The position numbers and the translations under genes were made by a program. Positions 9,370 to 16,714 of a stretch of DNA of 27,529 bases are shown here, one piece after another. The DNA comes from a bacterium (GTDB taxonomy: Bacteria; Margulisbacteria; WOR-1; O2-12-FULL-45-9; XYB2-FULL-48-7), in assembly GCA_043812655.1 (NCBI GenBank), contig JBDRLW010000014.1, forward strand, positions 1-27,529, given 5' to 3'. Numbering within the stretch: position 1 is the stretch's first letter; every line of letters starts with the position of its first letter. The notes under the pieces are model-generated. The model searched no databases. It saw nothing but the letters and a program-made list of their open reading frames with translations, and had not been told where the DNA came from.

Positions 9370-10245
9370 TTAACAATTTGGAAATAAGAGTTCAAACGCT
9401 CGCTCAAGCGTAGGCTCATCCATAAAACTATAATTATCCCCTTTGTTGCTTGGCTGTTTCATTTCTGGCAAATCGTCGAGTTTAAACTTCTTAATAAGCC
9501 CCAGTAATAGTTCCGCTCTTATCAATGGGTCATAATACGAGAAGATCGCTCGATACAATGTTTTATTGTTCGGCCTTGATCCCTTTGGGATCTTAAAATT
9601 AGGTGATTTGAATTCCTGTCTGTCAATAATATTCCCCGTATCAATTTTTTCTGCCATAAAAAAGGCGCTGGCGCCAGGTTTTTTTCTGATCAAAGTTGAC
9701 CAAAGCAGGCCATCGGCCCCTTTAATATCTGGCAGATAGCCCGGATGAACATGTAAATATCTTTTATTACGAATGCCCAAAATATTTTTTTTGAGGATCC
9801 CTCCCCCAGTAAATAAAATAAGGTCGTTCCTCGCTGCTTCCAACGATCTTTCGACGTTCCGGTCGTTTATATTATCGGCAAGCACATACTTTACATTATT
9901 GGAAAATATTTTTATTGGCTTGGGATCAATTATCTGGCCAATAATAGCTTCGGCCATTGGATAAACTTGTTTTAAATTATCAATTATTGCCTTGAAAACA
10001 ATTGGCTGCTCTTTTTTGATTTGTTTGGGCCAATAATTAAATGATAATTCCTGTACTTTTTTTAGATACGCAATCCTGATCGGTTTGGGAAGCCACCAAC
10101 CGATCTTTTTTTTAGTTGAGGGCTGTTTAGTGTAAATAAGGCTGATTATTTCATCGGCTTTATAGCCCGAATGATACAGACTGCTTAGATAGGCCCGAGC
10201 AATTGGCCCTTCGTGAAACAAGATCGTAATTGGCAGTGTTTGCAT
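9370..10245 (-). CDS. Formyltransferase-fold protein (Formyl_trans_N-like)
   Basis: ILFTGGGILKK, YLHVHPGYLPDIKG (cf. NxHPSLLPxYRG) and FFMAEKIDTGNII (cf. HxxxxxxDxGxI). Confidence 0.7.
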   Translation of the reverse strand: MQTLPITILFHEGPIARAYLSSLYHSGYKADEIISLIYTKQPSTKKKIGWWLPKPIRIAYLKKVQELSFNYWPKQIKKEQPIVFKAIIDNLKQVYPMAEAIIGQIIDPKPIKIFSNNVKYVLADNINDRNVERSLEAARNDLILFTGGGILKKNILGIRNKRYLHVHPGYLPDIKGADGLLWSTLIRKKPGASAFFMAEKIDTGNIIDRQEFKSPNFKIPKGSRPNNKTLYRAIFSYYDPLIRAELLLGLIKKFKLDDLPEMKQPSNKGDNYSFMDEPTLERAFELLFPNC

Positions 10246-10252
10246 GTTTTGA

Positions 10253-11008
10253 TTATTTCAGCTCAGTGCTTGCGATCCTAATATCTTTTATCGTATCGAT
10301 CTCAAACCAGCCCCTCTTTATCGGCACAGCCGTTACTTTTTGGCCAGTTCTTATTAATTTTTGTAATATATCGGTAAAATATAGCTCTTCAAATTTCCTT
10401 CCGGTCTTCCAGAGATCGTTGTTACTCTTTGACTCTTTATTACCCATAACATATATCTTTTTAAGGGCTTGAAGTCCTCTTCTTGAAAATTTTATTAACC
10501 CTATATATTGGGCCTGGGTGTTTTTTTTTGTAGCTGGCTTTTGACCGATCTCGAGGATTCTATTGTTTTCACCTAAGATCAAACTTTCCGCGTCAAGCCA
10601 ATGATTTTTTGCCCTCTTTTTCCAATAGCCCTGCCATTTAGTGTCCACTACTACAGAAATATCGGCCTTGCTCCTAATTAAGGCCCTTAAAACCTCTTCT
10701 GAATAGATGATATCGCCATAGGAAACAATTGTTTCTCTTGTTAATTCTTTGGCCGCGCAGAATAGCGTCCGCACCATATTCGTCTGGGCAAAATTTTTGT
10801 TTGTGTAATATTTAACATTTTTATATTTTATTTTTCCCGCTTTGTACCCCTTAATGACTATTATTTGTTTTATCCCACATTTTCTTATCGCGTCCAACTG
10901 CCAGGAGAGCAATGTCCGCCCTTTTATTCTTACGAGGCATTTGGGGATTGATTTTGTGTGTTGTTTTAGCCTGGTTCCTTGGCCCGCCGCCAAAATTATT
11001 GCTTTCAT
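10253..11008 (-). CDS. Cytidylyltransferase, LicC/Cj1416-like (putative CTP:phosphoglutamine cytidylyltransferase)
   Basis: MKAIILAAGQGTRL...PKCLV, TNMVRTL, VSYGDIIY, QYIGLIKF, WFEIDT. ATGA overlap with the upstream gene; context of Cj1417/Cj1418 homologues. Confidence 0.82.
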   Translation of the reverse strand: MKAIILAAGQGTRLKQHTKSIPKCLVRIKGRTLLSWQLDAIRKCGIKQIIVIKGYKAGKIKYKNVKYYTNKNFAQTNMVRTLFCAAKELTRETIVSYGDIIYSEEVLRALIRSKADISVVVDTKWQGYWKKRAKNHWLDAESLILGENNRILEIGQKPATKKNTQAQYIGLIKFSRRGLQALKKIYVMGNKESKSNNDLWKTGRKFEELYFTDILQKLIRTGQKVTAVPIKRGWFEIDTIKDIRIASTELK

Positions 11009-11652
11009 TTAAATAGATGTTCAAATAATCTCATGTCTGTCTTACTTATTTTCTTGTTTCTTTCCGGGTGCCACATAATTCCGGCTATTTTTAATTTCTG
11101 GTGATATAGGCCCTCAATTGTCTCCCCTGCCCTCGCCCATGGCTTGAGGTTTTTTCCTATAGTTTGATCAGTTATCCCCTTTTCATGATAAGAGTTCACG
11201 TCTAGAGAAGATGTTTTTAATGCTTTAACAAAAGTATTGTCACCGATCTTGATCCTATGTAAAACCCTCACATGATCAGCGACATCAGCTATTTTCCCTT
11301 TAAAATACAGATTAATGAATTGCATTCCTCGGCAAACCCCGAGGAGCGGCAAATTATTTTTGATCGCATAACGCATTATCTTTTCTTCTGTCTTATTACG
11401 TTTTAAAAATGATTTCTTAGCCGTTAAGACGTCATCCCCGCCCGTAAGGATAAAGCCGCTAAAGTTAAAATTACTTAAATAGCCTAAAGGATCTCTTAAA
11501 TTATTAGGGATTAATATAAATTGATAGCCGCTGGCTTCGAGCAGTTTTACCCAATCGTGGCCTAGACAATCACGCGCTTCCTTGTAATCATTATTTTCAA
11601 CAACCCGCGTGGAAACGCCAATTATTTTAGGAGATCGTTTTAATTGTTTCAT
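11005..11652 (-). CDS. Class I glutamine amidotransferase / peptidase C26 family hydrolase, Cj1417-like (putative gamma-glutamyl-CDP-amidate hydrolase)
   Basis: ILTGGDD, LLGVCRGMQ (catalytic Cys), VNSYH, IMWHPE (His-Glu of the triad). Start is ATG 11652 or GTG 11658, overlapping the upstream stop. Confidence 0.82.
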   Translation of the reverse strand: MKQLKRSPKIIGVSTRVVENNDYKEARDCLGHDWVKLLEASGYQFILIPNNLRDPLGYLSNFNFSGFILTGGDDVLTAKKSFLKRNKTEEKIMRYAIKNNLPLLGVCRGMQFINLYFKGKIADVADHVRVLHRIKIGDNTFVKALKTSSLDVNSYHEKGITDQTIGKNLKPWARAGETIEGLYHQKLKIAGIMWHPERNKKISKTDMRLFEHLFK

Positions 11653-14600
11653 TTTCACAGTTAAGCTCTATCATATTACTTTTTTTTATCTTTTCAAATA
11701 GGTTTTCTCCACAGCCGATCGCCGCTGGCAAGCCTAGTTCGGCACAGCGGATGGTCATGTGGGAGGCCGCCCCCCCATATTTGGTGATAAGCCCTTTGAT
11801 CCTCCTGGAAAAGATCCAATCAAAACCCGGGTCAGCATTTTCTATCAGCACAACCCTATTGTCTAGCTTTAATGATCCCTCCAAAGATTTCAGATGAACA
11901 ACTTCTGCCGTGATCTTTTTCTGGGTAACATAATTCGGTTTACTCTTAAACATGTTGATCATTTCCGCGTCATCGCTGGTCGTTATCAACTGCGGTAATT
12001 TAATTAATTGGGTGAGGTTATATTGAGCCTGATTTTTTCCAACTGTTTTAAGTAAACGAGCCCTTAGCCCTGGAGTATTGCTGTTGCCAGACGTTCCAAC
12101 GATCTCTTCTATCGGCACAAACGCCAAAGCTTCTTTGCCCATATTTATTTTTTTCCCATATTTTTCTATTAATCTTAATATATCGCTGACGGTCCGGGTG
12201 AACTCGAATTTTGAATATTCTCTTGCCATTAATCCATTCTCAATGAATTTAAATAATACGCCAGAATCAAATGAAAATCCTAGATCTCTTAATTTTTTAT
12301 CGATATTCTTAAGTTTCACTAATGGCAGTTTTGCCGTTTTTGTCGTCTTGTTTATTGCCTTTGCCTGGTTTTTAGCCATTTTAAGATATATTTCCGGAGA
12401 TTCATCATATCTTGGAGATAAAATATCATAGGTCCCTGGTCTTAAATGCCCATATTTCCGCAAAAAGCTATTTTGCGACATCTCCTTATTTTGCAATTTT
12501 TTAAAATCATTAATAGTATTACTAGTAATATTATTAATTGATCTTAAGTAATCATCATGTTCCAGCCTAGTTATCATCTTATCGGCAACCAATTCTTTTA
12601 GGAAAGATGTCCCAATAAAGGCGTATCTTGCCAAGATAGAGAACGGGGTTGTTCCCAATCTTTTGCAGTGATCGAGTAAACGCTTTATTTTATGCGCTTC
12701 TGATAATGTTTTATCTTTTTGGATCCTCTTTCTAATCTCTTCAAGTTGCGCCACTGATCCCAGCTCATCACTTATCGACGTTAGCTTTTGGGTAATGATA
12801 TTTTCCGTTAGTTTGAAGAGCGCTTCCCTGATCGTTTTGATCTCATCCCTGGAAAACCCATTGTCATAGAGTTTCTGTTCATTCTTATCGAAACCCAACG
12901 TTAAACTGGTGAATAATATATCGAATTCCACCTTGTCATGTTTTTCCGGATTTACCCGTAATTCTCTTAAATAATAATTAACCAACTTCTCCGCGATCTT
13001 TTTTGGTAGATCTTTAGGCAAAAAGGCATTAAAACTAATTCTTATATCAATGTATGGTTTCCCGACAAGTGAAATAAGGAGCGGCTCCGGGTGGGGATTA
13101 AAATAACCGATCTTTTCTTTTGCCTCTCGCCAGACATTATTTAATATTAGGTGCTTATATAAGCTTAAAGCCAACGGTTTTGGTTTTGTCCCGATTATTT
13201 CCGCGGGGTTCCAATCGGTCATATCTCCAAATAGAGTGGTTTTCCCATAAATATGCGGTAATTGGTGTTGCCTTGCTCTGATATAGTTTTTTATCGAGCT
13301 TATTTCCTTGGCTAAGCGCTGTTCCAGCTCCTTGCTTGTATTTTGGGTCGAGGTCATCGGCCTGACTTGAAAAATAAAGATATCATCATTATTGGTGAGC
13401 GCGAATTCGATATCCAACCTATCCGATCCTGTTATTCTTTCTAATTCCTTGCAGACCTCGACCAATCGTTTAAATATCTTATTCTTTATGGTTTTTACGT
13501 CTATATTTTTATATATTAATACCGTAGATGATTCTAATGCCGTCCCACCGGTGATCGTATCGGTTTCCCTTGACCTCTCATCATAATTTATCGTGTAATA
13601 TGGCGAACCCGTTTCCAGGCTTCTGGTCAAGATCACCCCGCTCATCTTGATGTCGTCTACTTGTTCCTGGACCAGTATTTGATTCTTATAATAATTTTCC
13701 TTGCCGTAGCTGCCTATTACTTTGCTAATATTTCTAACGATCGATCTTTTTTTGCTGGCATAAATATTTTTAATGCTCTTATATTTCCCAGCCATAGATC
13801 TTGACGCGGAATCTTCGCCGATCGCGCTGCTTCGGATAATGATCTTTTTTTTCCCAAAATGCTTTTGGATCACCTTTAACCAATATTCACGATCTTTTTC
13901 CCACTCTTTTACTTCAAACCTGATCTGGCCGCAGATCTTCCCCTTTTTCAGTAGGGTTTGTAATCTTTCTAAGGTTTCCCCCTTCGTCCCGAAGATGAAC
14001 TGCTTTAGGTCTTTTGGCGAATCTAGCGTCGCCCATTCTCCTTCAGTTGTTATGAAGTTTATAGGAACGCCTCTATCAATTAATTCCTGGAGCATCTCAA
14101 TAAGGCTGGCTTTTTCAAGGTTTTTTGATCTGTTTTGTTTTATTGTGCGATAAACAGCTTTTAATGTTTGCGCCCCTTCTTTCTTAAGATAGGCCAGACC
14201 GATAAATTCGCCGCAGATGTTGTCTGATAATGGGATATTTTTCCCGATCTTTGCTACAAGACCATTACTTACACAAACCTTTTCCGCTTTTAATAATTTA
14301 TGGCCTGATCCGTCGTAATATCTGTTTTTCCAATTCGTATCGATAACCAAGGTAATAAGGTTTTTACTCCCAAGCAGTTTTTTAATTATGTTTGGCTTAA
14401 AGACAATGTCTGAATATGAAATGATGAGGTCGTCATTTAGCTCTTTTTCCGCGCAGAATAGGGAATGCAGGATGCCAGTGTTCGCCCAATTTGGATTGCG
14501 GTAAATCCGTAGTGTTTGGAAATTCTTTATTATCTCGTCAATTTTATAGCCGCCAACAAAAACAATATCTTTTATGTTGGAGTATTTGAACGCTTTTATT

Positions 14601-14704
14601 ATCCAGTCGAGGGTTCGTCGGCCAGCCTTATCTTTTATGACAGCTGGGGGATATTTATTCTTTACATCAAAGTTTGGGCCGGCACCTAATATTATTGCCT
14701 TCAT
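11627..14704 (-). CDS. Fusion of an N-terminal NTP-transferase domain and a Cj1418-like L-glutamine kinase (PPDK/PEP-synthase family)
   Basis: Residues 1-~235: MKAIILGAG..VGGYK..SYSDIVF..EFIGL..WATLDS. Then FGTKGETL, IIRSSAIGED..SMAGKY, LVQEQV, LDIEFA..FQVRP, GDMTDWNPAEIIG, HDKVEF, YGHLRPGTYDILS, ADPGFDWIF, YGGAASHMTIRCAELGLPAAIG (phospho-His, codon 11761-11759). Confidence 0.85.
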   Translation of the reverse strand: MKAIILGAGPNFDVKNKYPPAVIKDKAGRRTLDWIIKAFKYSNIKDIVFVGGYKIDEIIKNFQTLRIYRNPNWANTGILHSLFCAEKELNDDLIISYSDIVFKPNIIKKLLGSKNLITLVIDTNWKNRYYDGSGHKLLKAEKVCVSNGLVAKIGKNIPLSDNICGEFIGLAYLKKEGAQTLKAVYRTIKQNRSKNLEKASLIEMLQELIDRGVPINFITTEGEWATLDSPKDLKQFIFGTKGETLERLQTLLKKGKICGQIRFEVKEWEKDREYWLKVIQKHFGKKKIIIRSSAIGEDSASRSMAGKYKSIKNIYASKKRSIVRNISKVIGSYGKENYYKNQILVQEQVDDIKMSGVILTRSLETGSPYYTINYDERSRETDTITGGTALESSTVLIYKNIDVKTIKNKIFKRLVEVCKELERITGSDRLDIEFALTNNDDIFIFQVRPMTSTQNTSKELEQRLAKEISSIKNYIRARQHQLPHIYGKTTLFGDMTDWNPAEIIGTKPKPLALSLYKHLILNNVWREAKEKIGYFNPHPEPLLISLVGKPYIDIRISFNAFLPKDLPKKIAEKLVNYYLRELRVNPEKHDKVEFDILFTSLTLGFDKNEQKLYDNGFSRDEIKTIREALFKLTENIITQKLTSISDELGSVAQLEEIRKRIQKDKTLSEAHKIKRLLDHCKRLGTTPFSILARYAFIGTSFLKELVADKMITRLEHDDYLRSINNITSNTINDFKKLQNKEMSQNSFLRKYGHLRPGTYDILSPRYDESPEIYLKMAKNQAKAINKTTKTAKLPLVKLKNIDKKLRDLGFSFDSGVLFKFIENGLMAREYSKFEFTRTVSDILRLIEKYGKKINMGKEALAFVPIEEIVGTSGNSNTPGLRARLLKTVGKNQAQYNLTQLIKLPQLITTSDDAEMINMFKSKPNYVTQKKITAEVVHLKSLEGSLKLDNRVVLIENADPGFDWIFSRRIKGLITKYGGAASHMTIRCAELGLPAAIGCGENLFEKIKKSNMIELNCENETIKTIS

Positions 14705-14907
14705 TTTCTCCGAAGCCAGAGCAATAAAGCTACAACCCGCGCTTTGATCTGGGTATAGAATGCCTTAATGGTCAGGATAATGCCAAAAAAGACCGCCAAG
14801 ACCCCCTGGATAAAATAGCTTCCCGTCCCCGGATCAATATAGGCCTCTGACCTACCAGTAAAAATCAGTAACAATCCCAATAGCACAAAGATCAATCGAG
14901 TAGGCAT
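14701..14907 (-). CDS. Small membrane protein with AYIDPGTGS motif
   Basis: 68 aa: signal-peptide-like segment ending SEA, then YIDPGTGS, one TM helix and a basic tail. Strong SD AGGAGG (14921-14916); stop overlaps the kinase start (ATGA). Confidence 0.8.
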   Translation of the reverse strand: MPTRLIFVLLGLLLIFTGRSEAYIDPGTGSYFIQGVLAVFFGIILTIKAFYTQIKARVVALLLWLRRK

Positions 14908-14939
14908 AATTATTCCCTCCTTTTGTTTTTTTTAAGGTC

Positions 14940-16529
14940 TCATTTATTAATTTCATAAATACACCACCCTTCTCCATAAGTGGTTATCATATAATTATCT
15001 TTAATATATTCTCTCAATTCATTAAATTTAAGCGTGGTGTCTTTGCCCCAAACCCATGGTTTTTCCGTAAATATTTCAATTATATAACGGGGTTTTTTAT
15101 TTTTGAGCGCCTCGATAAATCGTTGACGCAATGTTTGGATATAAGGCCTTGAAATATGATGGTAAAAATGAAAATCATAGATAAAAGGAGTAGCAACTTC
15201 CGCTCGAGAAATAAGCATCGCATGTACTGCCCCACCAGTCCAATCAAGCGGTTGGACTTTATCTCCTGGCTTTAAATGATCTTTTAAATAATTCGCTATT
15301 CCGTCAACTCGCCCATCCTTGATCACTATAGGCTGAAAGGTAATTTGCCTAAAATAGTCTGCTGGAGGCATTAAATATAAGATCATAAAAAATAAGGAAC
15401 AAAATAATATGATCCCAGTTAAAAACTCTTTGGATAACCGCAAGCTTAACTTATCTTGCAAATCCGTTAATTGAACAAATGTTAAGGATGAAAGTAAAAT
15501 AATAAAGTACTGAAAAGGAAACCAATGATATGTCCAAAATTGGCCTCCAAAAACTGGATATAAACTATAAACAACCACCAACCCAGCCAATAAACCAACT
15601 ATATTTTTATTTGAAAGTGAAGGTCTTGTGTAAAATAAAGCTAGAAATCCCCCAATAAACGCCGGCACAAGCCAAAAAGAATAACCACCTAGAACACCAT
15701 ATGACATTGTTAGGTAATACAACTGCTTTAGGCCATGCATTGTATGGTGATCTCCGGCTAACTTGCCATACAATGGCAGATAAGATAACACCATCTCCAT
15801 AAAATATGGCAATGAACCTTGCTGCCATAGCCAAACAATCGAGCTGAAAATTGGTATTGTCAACCCAACTAAAGAAAACAAAATGATAAAATATTTATTC
15901 CAACACCCCTTTTCATCTTCTGTTTGACCCAATAAATAAAAGATGGTCACGGGTAGGCCGACCGCCAAAGCGGGCTTTATGATAGCTGATAGACCAAAAA
16001 GAAAACCGACCCAAAAGGACCGATTAAGGAGACTCAAGCGACGTTGAGCGATGGCCACAAAAACCGCTAGACTAATCGGCGCAAGAGCAATAAATTCCCG
16101 CTGCAAAAAACTTTCCGCGCCAAGGTGAAAATATGATAGACCAAATAAGACAATGCTCGCCCACGCTACGATCTTCCCGAATCGTTGCATAATGCCCCAG
16201 GTTACTAGCATTATTAGCAATAACCATATTATATCCGTAAGGCGAAAACCTAGATCACTATGCCCAAAAATACTTGAAACCACGGAAAAAAACAAATATG
16301 TTCCCGGCATATTCATATCAAATATTTCTTTGTAAAATATTAAATGATAGTGTTTCGCTAAAAACACGATGTAATACATTATTGGTGAATCATGCTGCAT
16401 TCGCCAGCTCAAAGACATCACAATTTCAATAATCAACAAGGCACTCATAAAAAGAAGCAACAAATTAACAAGGGGAAATTTATGTTTCCCCGTAAGCTCG
16501 CTATCTTTAATAGTATTATTGTTTTTCAT
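14940..16529 (-). CDS. GT-C fold (ArnT/PMT-like) multi-TM glycosyltransferase-like protein
   Basis: TM1 followed by WRMQHDSP..YKEIFDMNMPG loop, QRE, IIKP motif, about 11 TM segments and a C-terminal KPRYII soluble domain. Confidence 0.68.
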   Translation of the reverse strand: MKNNNTIKDSELTGKHKFPLVNLLLLFMSALLIIEIVMSLSWRMQHDSPIMYYIVFLAKHYHLIFYKEIFDMNMPGTYLFFSVVSSIFGHSDLGFRLTDIIWLLLIMLVTWGIMQRFGKIVAWASIVLFGLSYFHLGAESFLQREFIALAPISLAVFVAIAQRRLSLLNRSFWVGFLFGLSAIIKPALAVGLPVTIFYLLGQTEDEKGCWNKYFIILFSLVGLTIPIFSSIVWLWQQGSLPYFMEMVLSYLPLYGKLAGDHHTMHGLKQLYYLTMSYGVLGGYSFWLVPAFIGGFLALFYTRPSLSNKNIVGLLAGLVVVYSLYPVFGGQFWTYHWFPFQYFIILLSSLTFVQLTDLQDKLSLRLSKEFLTGIILFCSLFFMILYLMPPADYFRQITFQPIVIKDGRVDGIANYLKDHLKPGDKVQPLDWTGGAVHAMLISRAEVATPFIYDFHFYHHISRPYIQTLRQRFIEALKNKKPRYIIEIFTEKPWVWGKDTTLKFNELREYIKDNYMITTYGEGWCIYEINK

Positions 16530-16570
16530 TTTTTATTTGGTTTCTGATTGTCAATATTCCCTCATTATTA

Positions 16571-16599
16571 ATTTTAAGCCAGTTGATTGTTTTTATCAA
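16571..16599 (-). promoter_or_regulatory. Sigma70-type promoter for the leftward transcription unit
   Basis: TTGATA (16599-16594), 17-nt spacer, TAAAAT (16576-16571). The -35 is overlapped by the inverted repeat GTTGAT-N7-ATCAAC (16582-16600). Confidence 0.5.
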
Positions 16600-16679
16600 C
16601 ACCAAGAGACGCAGGCAGCAGTAGACGCATTACATTGTTTTCTTCTGGTCAATAGTAATATGCATGATAATACCCTAAA

Positions 16680-16708
16680 TTGATAGCAAAGTCGATTTAT
16701 GCTATTAT
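16680..16708 (+). promoter_or_regulatory. Sigma70-type promoter with extended -10; predicted +1 falls on the GTG start codon
   Basis: TTGATA (16680-16685), 17-nt spacer, TATTAT (16703-16708) with TG at 16700-16701. Confidence 0.55.
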
Positions 16709-16714
16709 TTTTGA

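Noticed and set aside
11627..14704. Annotation as PEP synthase, pyruvate phosphate dikinase or rifampicin phosphotransferase
   Set aside because: There is no pyruvate-binding barrel and the His domain is C-terminal. The DWNPAEIIG and YGHLRPGTYDI motifs and the neighbouring genes fit the Cj1418 type.
7346..14907. Phosphonate (C-P) biosynthesis cluster
   Set aside because: No PEP mutase (EDKxxxxxNS) or phosphonopyruvate decarboxylase in the window.
14701..14907. RiPP precursor for the radical SAM enzymes
   Set aside because: The peptide is a hydrophobic membrane type; there is no SPASM/RRE domain, peptidase or exporter, and the context is glycan biosynthesis.
16583..16599. FNR box
   Set aside because: The half-sites TTGAT/ATCAA are spaced by 7 nt, not 4.
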